Assembly: GCA_910583945.1 (NCBI GenBank)
Contig: CAJTYF010000004.1
Location: 3,597-67,596 of the forward strand
Reading direction: 5' to 3'
DNA length: 64,000 nucleotides
DNA from: an uncultured Bacilli bacterium
Lineage (GTDB): Bacteria; Bacillota_I; Bacilli_A; RF39; UBA660
The notes under the pieces are model-generated. The model saw only the letters and a list, made by a program, of their open reading frames with translations, had not been told where the DNA came from and searched no databases. Made by a program: the position numbers and the translations under genes. The stretch's first letter is position 1, and the number at the start of each line of letters is the position of its first letter. Positions 1 to 8,819 of the stretch are shown one piece after another.

Positions 1-333
1 AGGTTCATGGAAGTTAAAGTGTAAAGTTTGTTTCTGGGTGTGTTTTTTATAGGTGAATGCATTTAAAAGATGATAGATTTTTTCAGAGATTTCTTCCACA
101 TAAATGGGAATGGTATCTAAAATGTTGTGAATGAGCCCTATGTGGTCACCATGGCTGTGGGTGATGAAAACGGCGTCATAAGCGGGAGTTCCTTTGGTTA
201 ATCCTTCTATTTCAAAGTCTTTTTCTTCATCAAGGTCACTTCCAAAGTCGATGATGATATTAGCGTGTTCGGTTTTAATTTCAGTGATACATCCCCCTAT
301 TTGATTGGTTCCTTTCCAAATTTTTACTTTCAT
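1..333 (-). CDS. MBL-fold metallo-hydrolase, N-terminal part (gene runs off the window start)
   Basis: Minus-strand ATG at 331-333 overlaps the upstream TGA stop as ATGA. Hand translation MKVKIWKGTNQIGGCITEIKTEHANIIIDFGSDLDEEKDFEIEGLTKGTPAYDAVFITHSHGDHIGL carries the HxHxDH metallo-beta-lactamase motif (THSHGDH). Not in the ORF track because it is truncated. Confidence 0.6.
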   Translation of the reverse strand, partial: MKVKIWKGTNQIGGCITEIKTEHANIIIDFGSDLDEEKDFEIEGLTKGTPAYDAVFITHSHGDHIGLIHNILDTIPIYVEEISEKIYHLLNAFTYKKHTQKQTLHFNFHEP

Positions 334-2402
334 AAAATACCTCTTAATTTACTTTCTAATAATGTTTTTAATTTTAGTTGTTCGGTGAATTTGGTTTCAG
401 TTCTTAAGGCTTCTTCTATTTCTTTTTTGGTTATATGAGGATTTATTTCGTTTTGTTTGAAGTAAGTAGAATAAAAAATTTTAGGGTAATCTATTTTTAG
501 TTTTGCAAGTCTTAAGAACATGACGCTATAAGATAAGAGGTGCCCTCTTGGGAAAAGGTATTTTATTTTGCTGACGGATTCGATTAACCACTCAGGCATC
601 TTTTTTTCTTGCATTAACCTTTTGTATTCTTCCCAACTCTCCTTTTTTAATCTTCCAAAACTGATGTCTTCCATTATTTTTAAGGCTTCTTTTCTTTCAA
701 ATTGATAGTTTAATAAGGTTTCTAATAAGTCTTCTCTTGAAGAAATGGTGTCTTTTAACTTGCAAATTTTCTTTTCGAGCAAGTTTTGAGCGTTTTCATA
801 CCACGTGTCTGTGCCATGAAAAAGACCATAGAGCTTTATTAAATCTTCTTGAGAGTAAAGTTTTAATGAGGGATCCTTTTTTTCTATAAAGTCTAATAAG
901 CATTCATGAAAGCCTAGTATTCCAAATGGATAAGTAATTTCTTCTTTAGTTATTTTTAATACTTTGGGACTATTAAATAAAGAAATGGTACGATTGTCGA
1001 TGACTAATTCGTGAATGTCTTCTTGAATTTGGTTTTGAATTTCTTCTAATAAGGTTAGTAACGAGTGTTCTAGGATGCCAAAACTGGTGATTTTTAAGTT
1101 TTCTGTTGGAATTTGAATGATTTTTTTATTTCCTATTGTTTTAAAGGGAAGAAAAGATGGGTCATTTTCTTTTGGGAAGATGTAGTTTCGGCCCACATGG
1201 ATTCCTTCGGTCATTTTTACTCCAACGATTTTTAAGGCTAAGGCTTCTTTTTCTTCATTTTTTAATGTGAGGTTAAATTTTAGGCAATAGTCTTCAATTT
1301 TTTTTAAGGCTTCTTTTGGAGAATAGACTTTTTCCGTTTTTAGATAGTAGACGTTATATTTTTCTTCTAAAGGTTTTAGGATTTCTTCTCTTTCATAAGC
1401 AAAGTTTATATTGATATCTGGCTTTTTATCAAAGTGACTTCCATAAAATATTTCGGGAGCTAAGTTTTCTAGAATGGGATTAAATTCGGTAATGTTTAAT
1501 AAGTAAGCAATAAATGAAGAAGCGACTGCCCCTCTTGAAGAGGTTAACTCACTTTTTTTGCCTTGCATAATTTCTGCCCATATAAGATAAATGCTTGCGG
1601 TATGCTGGTTGAAAATACTTGTTAGTTCGAGATTTATTCTTTCTTGGACTTCCAAAGGAATATTTTTGCCATATTTTTCTTCTACTTTTTCTTGAATTAA
1701 GGTTTTTAATTTTTCCTCTGATTCCTCTATCTCTGGTTCTTTAGGTTCTTCAAGAGTTATTTTTTCTATCTGATTTATTAATGTCTTTTGGTTTTCAATA
1801 AAAATTTCATGTTTGATTGGTTCATCAAGATAAGAAAATTCTTCCCAAAGTTCTTCTTTTGTTTTTAAGTGAAAGTCTTTTAAATGTTCCATTTTTTGGT
1901 TCATTAGAATGGCCCAGGCTAATTTGTCTTCTTTTTTTAGGTAACGGACTTCATTTAGGATCAAGGCTTTTTTGTTTTGTTTTTTCGCGAAGTCAAGGAT
2001 TTTTAAAACTTCTTCTTTCTTCGTAGTGCTAGGAATTCCTCTATAATCATAATAGAAATCCAGTGCGTTTGGTTCTTCTTGGATTAAAATAGTGACGACG
2101 TTTGGGCATTCTTTTAAATCTTCAAGAGTAATCTTCTTTAATGAAAGTAGTTTAAATAATTCTTTTATCCCTTGGTTGTTTTTGGCAATGACAATGAAGG
2201 ATAGTAATTCTTTGGTGGTTATTTCCATGCCATACATTAAATTTTTGTTTTGTTCTTTGGTTAATAAATTTACTTGATAAAAATCGGAGGTATCTTCTTT
2301 ATTGGCTAAAATAAAGGTTTTTTCTGTTTCCATTAACTCTTTTATCTCTATTAAACTCTCTTTATTTGTTTTGGTGTGGACCCAATGAAGGATTTCATTC
2401 AT
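330..2402 (-). CDS. C-family DNA polymerase alpha-like protein (DnaE/PolC-like palm-thumb-fingers core). The PHP region is degenerate and there is no clamp-binding or OB C-terminus.
   Basis: 690 aa. SSRGAVASSFIAYLLNITEFNPI matches the GRGSAAGSLVAY..ITD.DP motif of Pol III alpha. PDININF aligns with the catalytic PDFDVDF (DnaE) / PDIDLNF (PolC) motif. PRGHLLSYSVMFLRLAKLKIDYP matches the fingers helix (K.HAAAYA). The N-terminal ~230 aa retains the PHP-like LLAxNxxGYxNLxxL trace (FIVIAKNNQGIKELFKLL) but not the His residues. Confidence 0.55.
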   Translation of the reverse strand: MNEILHWVHTKTNKESLIEIKELMETEKTFILANKEDTSDFYQVNLLTKEQNKNLMYGMEITTKELLSFIVIAKNNQGIKELFKLLSLKKITLEDLKECPNVVTILIQEEPNALDFYYDYRGIPSTTKKEEVLKILDFAKKQNKKALILNEVRYLKKEDKLAWAILMNQKMEHLKDFHLKTKEELWEEFSYLDEPIKHEIFIENQKTLINQIEKITLEEPKEPEIEESEEKLKTLIQEKVEEKYGKNIPLEVQERINLELTSIFNQHTASIYLIWAEIMQGKKSELTSSRGAVASSFIAYLLNITEFNPILENLAPEIFYGSHFDKKPDININFAYEREEILKPLEEKYNVYYLKTEKVYSPKEALKKIEDYCLKFNLTLKNEEKEALALKIVGVKMTEGIHVGRNYIFPKENDPSFLPFKTIGNKKIIQIPTENLKITSFGILEHSLLTLLEEIQNQIQEDIHELVIDNRTISLFNSPKVLKITKEEITYPFGILGFHECLLDFIEKKDPSLKLYSQEDLIKLYGLFHGTDTWYENAQNLLEKKICKLKDTISSREDLLETLLNYQFERKEALKIMEDISFGRLKKESWEEYKRLMQEKKMPEWLIESVSKIKYLFPRGHLLSYSVMFLRLAKLKIDYPKIFYSTYFKQNEINPHITKKEIEEALRTETKFTEQLKLKTLLESKLRGIL

Positions 2403-2916
2403 AATATTTTTTTACCTCGCTTTCGTATAAAACTAAATCAATGTTGATGTCGTGATTTTTTACAAAATCGCTAATCATATTTTTTAACATGGGTCCTACT
2501 TCTTCATGCGTAAAGCCATATTCTCCTGTTCCAATACTTGGGAGTAAGATGTTTTTGTAGGATTTTACACCCAATTCATCCAATAGGTTTTGATAAGTTA
2601 TTTTTAGAATTTCTAAAGGATTTTTATAGTCCCAAACACGAGGACCTTGAACAAAAAGAATGTCCATATTTAAGTTAAATCCAGGAGTGATGCGTATTTC
2701 TCCGACTTTCATTTCATTGGCATTACTGTCATACGTGATATGATATTTTTCACTTGTGTAGGCTTCTAGTACTTGGACGCCTGCTTTTTTAAATATGGCA
2801 CCACTTACCCCCATCCCCATACGCATAGCGGGGTTGGTTGGGTTTACAATACAATCATGATTTTTTAAGATTTCATCACTGGTGATGTCACCGATTAAGA
2901 TGTTCATTTTGCCCAT
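2395..2916 (-). CDS. macro-domain protein (ADP-ribose binding/processing)
   Basis: 173 aa. N-terminus IGDITSDEILKNHDCIVNPTNPAMRMGMGVSGAIFKKAG fits the macro-domain GDIT...IVNAAN...GGGV.GAI..AAG signature. Overlaps its neighbours by 8 nt upstream and 0 nt downstream, consistent with operon translation coupling. Confidence 0.65.
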   Translation of the reverse strand: MGKMNILIGDITSDEILKNHDCIVNPTNPAMRMGMGVSGAIFKKAGVQVLEAYTSEKYHITYDSNANEMKVGEIRITPGFNLNMDILFVQGPRVWDYKNPLEILKITYQNLLDELGVKSYKNILLPSIGTGEYGFTHEEVGPMLKNMISDFVKNHDINIDLVLYESEVKKYYE

Positions 2917-3519
2917 TTAGTCTATCTCCTCAATCGAAAAATTTTCTTTGTTATAGGTTATTTTTATTTCGTTTTCTATTTTTCCTATTTGATAATTTTT
3001 AGGAATTTGATAATTCTCTATATCTTTTTCATTCATAAATAAAATAACTTCACTTTGATTTTCTTTCGCATAGTTTTCGATTTGATTAAAAATGGTTTCT
3101 ATGTCTTCTGGGGTGCTACTAATAAAATCATCAAAGTCATCGATTAGGATACAATCGTATTTTGAGTTATGTTCAAATATAAATTCTAAATAAGTTTCGT
3201 CCGAAAATTTGTTTTTGCTCATGATTAAGTCGGATGAACGAATTTTTTCGATGGCATTTACAAATTTGGTGGGATTGATTTTTTCTTTAGTAGTGTGGCT
3301 AACGCCTAACGTTGGGTCTAAATAGGTTTCGATGAGTTTATAGGATTCTCCTGATAATAAGGCAATGAGTTTACTTAAGTAAAAGTTTTTGGGAACATAA
3401 AATATTGGAAGAAAGACGGATTTGTTTTGATTTAGGGCATATTCGTTTAGAAGGTTGATAAAAAAAAGTATTCTTTCTTTGTTATTCATACTCGTGATAA
3501 TTGAAATTTTTGGGTTCAT
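2917..3519 (-). CDS. hypothetical protein, possibly a RecA/DnaB-C-like fold without Walker A
   Basis: 200 aa. YDCILIDDFDDFISS...EVILFMNEKD resembles the Walker B/strand region of DnaB-C/KaiC-like ATPases (LIVIDYLQ...). No GxxGxGK[ST] was found. Start overlaps the upstream stop by 4 nt. Confidence 0.45.
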   Translation of the reverse strand: MNPKISIITSMNNKERILFFINLLNEYALNQNKSVFLPIFYVPKNFYLSKLIALLSGESYKLIETYLDPTLGVSHTTKEKINPTKFVNAIEKIRSSDLIMSKNKFSDETYLEFIFEHNSKYDCILIDDFDDFISSTPEDIETIFNQIENYAKENQSEVILFMNEKDIENYQIPKNYQIGKIENEIKITYNKENFSIEEID

Positions 3520-4832
3520 GAGTTGCTCCTTTCAAAGGCAAAGATTCTTTCAGGATTTTGGTTGGATTCTTCAAAGATTAAGTCTACTTTTTCATCGTCT
3601 CTTTTTAAAGTGGTGATGATGTTTTGGGTAAATTTACTAAAGTTATGATAAAAGGGTAAATCTTCTTTAGGGTGACGTATTTGATAGGCATTCAAGATGA
3701 TGATTTTGGTGTTTTCATATTTGGCATATTGGTAAAGTTGTTCTACTATTTCTTCTCCCTCTTTCGAACAACGTTTTTGGAAAGTGATAAAGTCATTTAT
3801 GATTAAGTAATCATAATGTTTTTCTAAGTTTAAAATCTCAGTTTCTAAGTCTATTTTCTTAAAAAGTTCAGTGTCTTCAAAGTTTTCATAAGTACAATTT
3901 AGCGAATTATTTTTTAGTTTTCCATCAAAGTCACAAATTCTTATTTGGGTGTTTTCTTTTAAAACTTGTTCTTTTAGGATGTTTAGAAGCGTTAGGGCCT
4001 CTTGGTTTTCTTCACTATATAATACACTGATTTTATTATTGGTGAAGCGGGTTTCAAATGTTTTTTCGATTCCATTTTCTTCAAATGTTAAAATTTCATT
4101 TGTCTTTGAATTGAGGCTTACTTTTTCGCCCGTGTCAAAATGATAAATCCCCTCTTTTGCATTATAGTCGATTACTTTTACGTTATGGTGCTTATAAAAG
4201 TTTAGGCTCCCATAGCCAGAAAGTCCTCCTTCTAAAAATAAAAATTGGGTATTGGTTTTACGGGCGTAGTTCTGAATGGTTTCTAAAACTTTTACTCTTG
4301 CTTCTTCATAGGGGATTTGGAGCTCTTGTTCTAATTTTTTTTGTTCATATCTTAAACAACTATTGATGTCTTTTAGTATAACTAAATCATATTTTGTATT
4401 TTTATAATGTTCATCAAAAATAAAGTAAAGGTTGCCATAGTCAGCATAGACGGATTCGTTTATTTGAAAGTGACTGTTTTTGATGGTTTCTAAAGAGGCG
4501 AAAAAGGCTTCTTTGTTTGGTAAATCGTTTACAACTTGCCTTTCTTCTAGTCGTTGTTGATAACTAAATGGGGCTAGATAAGCGAGTGTTTTTTCCAGGT
4601 CAATGTTGGAAATTCGCGAAACGAGGTTGGCATGAAACCAACTCGTGTCTTCAGGAACGTCATTCACTGAGGTAATAAGTAAAACTTTTTTGTTTTCTTT
4701 TATGGCTGTTTCATAAATGATGCTGGTTAGTAGTGGTGTTAAATCTAAGGTAGACCCCCAATCTCTAGATATCCACAAATTAATTTCTTGGGTTAATAAT
4801 TTGTTTGTTATTTTTATTTGATTCATATACAC
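3516..4832 (-). CDS. hypothetical protein with two tandem degenerate RecA/DnaB-C-like halves (no P-loop)
   Basis: 438 aa. Two internal segments (YDLVILKDINSCL...TQFLFLEGGLS and YDYLIINDFITFQ...KIIILNAYQIRH) resemble the LIVIDYLQLM...VPVIALSQLNR block of DnaB C-terminal domains. There is no Walker A. This is a fold guess, not a family call. Confidence 0.45.
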   Translation of the reverse strand: MYMNQIKITNKLLTQEINLWISRDWGSTLDLTPLLTSIIYETAIKENKKVLLITSVNDVPEDTSWFHANLVSRISNIDLEKTLAYLAPFSYQQRLEERQVVNDLPNKEAFFASLETIKNSHFQINESVYADYGNLYFIFDEHYKNTKYDLVILKDINSCLRYEQKKLEQELQIPYEEARVKVLETIQNYARKTNTQFLFLEGGLSGYGSLNFYKHHNVKVIDYNAKEGIYHFDTGEKVSLNSKTNEILTFEENGIEKTFETRFTNNKISVLYSEENQEALTLLNILKEQVLKENTQIRICDFDGKLKNNSLNCTYENFEDTELFKKIDLETEILNLEKHYDYLIINDFITFQKRCSKEGEEIVEQLYQYAKYENTKIIILNAYQIRHPKEDLPFYHNFSKFTQNIITTLKRDDEKVDLIFEESNQNPERIFAFERSNS

Positions 4833-4930
4833 TCTTTCCTTTTCTACTTACATTATAGCACAATAAAAATGCCGTTTAGTAAACGACATCTTTTTTTATA
4901 TTTATTTCTTTTAATCACAGGTATCTTACG

Positions 4931-5971
4931 TTATTTTATAATTGTATTTACTTGATACCATTCTTTCTTTTTAAAGTCATACCCGATGTTCCCGTAAAGA
5001 TTATTGAAGTCTTCTAAGTCTCTTTCGATTTGACGTTCCGATTGCAAAAAAACTTTTTTTAGTTCTTTCGTGGTGAAGGTTTCTTTTCCTTTTAGATATT
5101 TTTTCAGTTCTTCTAGTTTTTCTCTTCTTTGGACACTTATTTTACGTAATTTATTTGTTAATAAGTTGTTAAGGAATAAACGATACAGTGTTTCGTCTTC
5201 AAAATAGTTCTCGTTCACATAATAAAAGGGACTGTATTTTAAATGGTATTTGTTTTGTTTTTTTACGTCTTCTGTGATGATATAGACATAAGTAAAGTTT
5301 TTAAAGAATGAGCGGTATTTTTTATCTAGTTCAATGCTATTTTGGGGTAAAAAATTTTCATTTATGATTGCCAGAAAGCCTTGTTTTCTTTTTAGTTCGT
5401 CTAGATTGTTTACTTTTTTTATGTAGGGAAATTGACAAGCAAATTCATTTTCTATTCTGTCTTTAAATTCTTGTTGTCTTTTGTCGGTGAAGTTTATGTT
5501 ATCTAGTTTCCCACAAAGGTAGACAATACGTTTTTCTTTTTTTAAATCGATAGTGTGCGGTTTTACGTTTATTGTTTTTATTGGGGCTTTTACAGATTTA
5601 AGGGCTTTTTTTATTTGGTTTTGAGTATTTAAAATGTTATAAAAGGAAACTTGTTCAAGATAGGCTTTTAATTTTAATAAGTTTTCGTTTAAGTTTAAAA
5701 AGAGGATGAGATCACTTTCAATGATTTCTTCACTGAACATGGGGATACCTGGTTTTATTTGAATGCTCTTTTTCACTTTTTCTTTTTCTTCTTCAGTGAT
5801 ATATCTAAGGTCAATGTAGCCGAACTGATTGATAAGTTTTTGGTCATAAAGCCTTGTAAAGTCTTCTATTTCTAGTTCATTCATGCCACTAATTCTTGTT
5901 CCTAAAATCAAAATGCGTTTTTCAGGATTTTCCTGAATGATTTTTTTAATTTTCCTAATTTCCTCTTTCAT
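4931..5971 (-). CDS. hypothetical protein with C-terminal HTH-like segment
   Basis: 346 aa. C-terminal TFTTKELKKVFLQSERQIERDLEDFNNL resembles DeoR/wHTH N-domains (ITxxELAExxxVSxRTIRRDL). Overlaps the NUDIX gene by 4 nt. Confidence 0.45.
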   Translation of the reverse strand: MKEEIRKIKKIIQENPEKRILILGTRISGMNELEIEDFTRLYDQKLINQFGYIDLRYITEEEKEKVKKSIQIKPGIPMFSEEIIESDLILFLNLNENLLKLKAYLEQVSFYNILNTQNQIKKALKSVKAPIKTINVKPHTIDLKKEKRIVYLCGKLDNINFTDKRQQEFKDRIENEFACQFPYIKKVNNLDELKRKQGFLAIINENFLPQNSIELDKKYRSFFKNFTYVYIITEDVKKQNKYHLKYSPFYYVNENYFEDETLYRLFLNNLLTNKLRKISVQRREKLEELKKYLKGKETFTTKELKKVFLQSERQIERDLEDFNNLYGNIGYDFKKKEWYQVNTIIK

Positions 5972-6432
5972 TCTACTCCCTTTATTTTGTTTAAGGCTTG
6001 CTCTGTCATTTCATCTCCAACACTCCCCCAATTCAAGTAATCATTTAACTCTTCTAAGGGGATCAAAATTCTTTTGTAAGTTTCCTGTTCGGCGGGATCT
6101 GGTCTTTCTTCACCAATGGATTTAATCGTTGCTAACATTCTTACTTGGGCATAGGAATCCTTTGTATCACCGATGACTTCTTGAAAGCCTAAATAGGAGA
6201 TGTTTTCTATTGTTACATTTACTTCTTCTAATACTTCGCGTTTTAGAGTTTCTTCTAACGTTTCATTTTTTTCGGGGTGCCCACCTGGAATGCGGTAGTT
6301 TCCCTTTTTTTCTTGATAAATCATGACGCGTTTCTTCTCATCTAAGATAATGCCAGAGACTTGGGTAATTCTCATATTTTTTGGTACTTCTTCAGTATAA
6401 TATTTATAATCAATCATTTTGTTTTCCACCAC
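5968..6432 (-). CDS. NUDIX hydrolase
   Basis: 154 aa. GGHPEKNETLEETLKREVLEEVNV fits the Nudix box Gx5Ex7REUxEExGU. Confidence 0.75.
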   Translation of the reverse strand: MVENKMIDYKYYTEEVPKNMRITQVSGIILDEKKRVMIYQEKKGNYRIPGGHPEKNETLEETLKREVLEEVNVTIENISYLGFQEVIGDTKDSYAQVRMLATIKSIGEERPDPAEQETYKRILIPLEELNDYLNWGSVGDEMTEQALNKIKGVE

Positions 6433-7436
6433 TATTCTTCTATATTCATATGCCTATTTAATTCTTCTTCTGTTGGAAGATTTTTTATTACTTCATTAGT
6501 TACTTTATTTATTATTTTATACTCACTAACTCCAACAGGTTTATTTATATATTTTAAAGTATAATCTACTATTTGATTACTTTTATTTTGACACATAATA
6601 ATTCCTATCGAGGGATTATCATTTTCTTCTTTTATTGCTTCGTCTAATGCTGCTAGATAAAAGCCCATTTTACCAGCATATTCAGGTTTAAATGCTCCCG
6701 TTTTTAGCTCAACCGCAATGTAACATTTTAATTTAATATGATAGAAAAGTAAATCAATTAGGAAATCTTGATTGTCTATAGTTATTTTATATTGATTTCC
6801 TACAAATGAAAAGCCTTTGCCCAATTCAAGTAAAATATTCTTTAATCTACTTAACATTTGACTCTCCAGTTCTTTTTCTTTGTAATTTTCGGTTAGTTCA
6901 AGTAAATCGAATACAAATGGTTCTTTTAGCATATTATTTGCAAGGTCACTATTTTGTTTTAAAGTTACATCAAAATTGTTATGTTTAACAGTATGCTCTT
7001 GTCTTCTATAAAGATTTGTGTCTATTTGATATAATAATACATTTTTAGACCAACCTTCTTCTAAACATCTTTTCATATACCATTTACGTACTTTTTTATC
7101 TTTCACTTTTTCAATCAACGATACATTATGTTTCCATGGTAATTGTGCACTTAGGTGCACAAATTCTTCATCTTCTTTATATTCTTTATAAAAAGACTTC
7201 ATATATTTTAAATTACGAACTGAGAATCCTTTTAAATTAGGGAAAGTAATTTTTAGTTCTAAGGCTATATTATCTATAAATTTATTTCCCCAATTACTAT
7301 TCTCTTCTAGTATTTTCCCTATATTATAATACAAATTAACTAATTTTTTATTTGCATCATTCATTATTTCAATTTGTGTTTTAGTAATCGCCTTTTTAAT
7401 ACTATTGATTATTTCTTGTAAAGTTTTATCTAGCAT
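6432..7436 (-). CDS. PDDEXK-family nuclease, DUF1016 / YhcG-like
   Basis: 334 aa. N-terminal LYYNIGKILEE... and C-terminal FLIDLLFYHIKLKCYIAVELKTGAFKPEYAGKMGFYL are typical of DUF1016 (restriction-endonuclease-like fold, D..E.K core). Its start at 7436 begins the long minus-strand gene string. Confidence 0.65.
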   Translation of the reverse strand: MLDKTLQEIINSIKKAITKTQIEIMNDANKKLVNLYYNIGKILEENSNWGNKFIDNIALELKITFPNLKGFSVRNLKYMKSFYKEYKEDEEFVHLSAQLPWKHNVSLIEKVKDKKVRKWYMKRCLEEGWSKNVLLYQIDTNLYRRQEHTVKHNNFDVTLKQNSDLANNMLKEPFVFDLLELTENYKEKELESQMLSRLKNILLELGKGFSFVGNQYKITIDNQDFLIDLLFYHIKLKCYIAVELKTGAFKPEYAGKMGFYLAALDEAIKEENDNPSIGIIMCQNKSNQIVDYTLKYINKPVGVSEYKIINKVTNEVIKNLPTEEELNRHMNIEE

Positions 7437-7509
7437 GATTTATCCCTCGTAAAGCCATCCTATCGTACATATGTTTAAGAGTCAAGAGATTTTTTTTATT
7501 TTCAAATCA

Positions 7510-7580
7510 ATTTATGCTCTCTATAATTGCTTGATTTCTATTTTTGATTGTTTATTTTAAAGATATAGTTTTTTCTAAAT
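7510..7580. repeat. ~70-bp direct repeat, copy 1 (partner at 9852-9926)
   Basis: Core GATTTCTATTTTTGATTGTTTATTTTAAAGATATAGTTTTTTCTAAA at 7533-7580 recurs near-identically at 9879-9926. A looser match (AATCnATTTATGCT...TATA..T..TTG) extends ~25 bp further left. Confidence 0.7.
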
Positions 7581-7671
7581 ATAATTCATGAGATATTTTG
7601 TCTGCATGAGTTTTTTAAGTACAATTGTATTAATATTGCCTTTGTTTTAATTTCTACAAAGTCATAGATAT

Positions 7672-8176
7672 TTATTTTTTTATTCTTTTTCTATCTAAAA
7701 CATGCCAAACATCAATTTCCTCTTTTTCTGGTATTTCAAATAGAGAAGAAACTTTTTTTAATAATCCTTCATCAACATAAAAACTGGAACCTCCATTACC
7801 TGCTAAAACTTTACTATTTCTTTCTTCTATGTTTTCATACCAAGTTTTATCATCAATATCAATATAATGCATTTCTACGAAGATATTATTATCATAGCCA
7901 AACTTTTTAATTTCATTTCTATTTTCTTTTGTCCAAAAGCCCCAATCTAAAATCACCGTACATCCCGCATTCACAATTTCTACGGCTTTTTTTCTTAAAT
8001 ATAAATTCACTCTTCTTGCAAATTCATCATAATCTTCCCCTTGTTTATTATTTGTCAAATCATAAGTGACTTCATCCGTAGATAAAATCACAGCCTGTTC
8101 TTTTTCTTTTAATTGATTCGCGTAATAAGTTTTGCCACAACCAATTTTTTCCACATATACAAATTAATTTTGCCAT
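7672..8176 (-). pseudogene. P-loop NTPase / small kinase-like gene with a frame disruption in a poly-A run near its 5' end
   Basis: The track ORF 7672..8154 starts at GTG and reads (V)EKIGCGKTYYANQL. An upstream ATG at 8174-8176 reads MAKLICICGKN... in another frame. A 1-nt change in the GGAAAAAATTGG run (~8143-8154) would fuse them to MAKLICICGKIGCGKTYY, a canonical Walker A (GxxGxGKT). Confidence 0.45.
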
Positions 8177-8190
8177 AAATCTAATCACCT

Positions 8191-8774
8191 TTATTTCCTT
8201 AATCCATCGCTTTGTACCCAAGAATAAAATAAACTTTTATCTGGAATATCATATTCGTAATCTAATTTTGAATTAAAACTATCTATTAAATCAATTGCCT
8301 CTTTTAATACTTCCTCTTTGTTTTTACCTGCTATATCTAAAATAACTTCATTAGGTAATAAATTTCTTTCCATTATTTTTCTAGTGGATACTTCTAATAA
8401 TTCCAAGTCAACTAATCCATTTGCACCACGAGAAATCATTTGTCTTTTATTTTGTTCATAGTCACTTGAGATTAATTTTAATGTAACAAAGTTTGTGCCT
8501 TTAATATTTGTGGTATTTCTCTCGTTCTAATGTCATTGAAGTCAAGTGCTATAATATTTTTCAGTCCCTTATCATAAAAATATTTTAATAATAGAATAGA
8601 AGATTCCCACATTATTTCCTCTTCAAATTTTCCTTCATCAACATTATTTGGTATTCCAAATTCTGGAATCATATTTTGTTCAAAATATACACCGTTATAA
8701 TGTTTATATAATTCTCTTGCTAATGTTGTTTTTCCAATACCACTTGCCCCAATTATAAATATATAATCTTTCAT
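8191..8774 (-). pseudogene. split P-loop kinase-like gene (track ORFs 8478..8774 and 8191..8439)
   Basis: The N-terminal fragment has Walker A IIGASGIGKTTLAREL. A second co-directional ORF begins 38 nt downstream of where it ends. The two total ~180 aa, the usual size for this family, so a frameshift or nonsense split of one gene is the likelier reading. Confidence 0.4.
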
Positions 8775-8819
8775 TTTCGTTCCTCCATTTATCTTTTAAT
8801 TATGACAAATTTGGCATAA

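Noticed and set aside
1817-2277. Plus-strand ORFs 1817..2026 and 2092..2277 (and similar short plus-strand ORFs at 3949..4366, 5937..6125, 6361..6564, 6806..6988, 16964..17164, 19507..19836, 21989..22273, 23156..23344, 24488..24670, 26152..26340, 29462..29644, 30996..31280, 34501..34746, 39780..40022, 43667..43964, 44945..45148, 49276..49506, 49655..49855, 49865..50059, 50886..51158, 54317..54571, 54990..55187, 57326..57547, 60907..61257, 63324..63506)
   Set aside because: All lie antisense to or inside long well-supported genes, have low-complexity Leu/Phe/Ser-rich translations typical of AT-rich antisense frames, and lack RBS. Treated as spurious.
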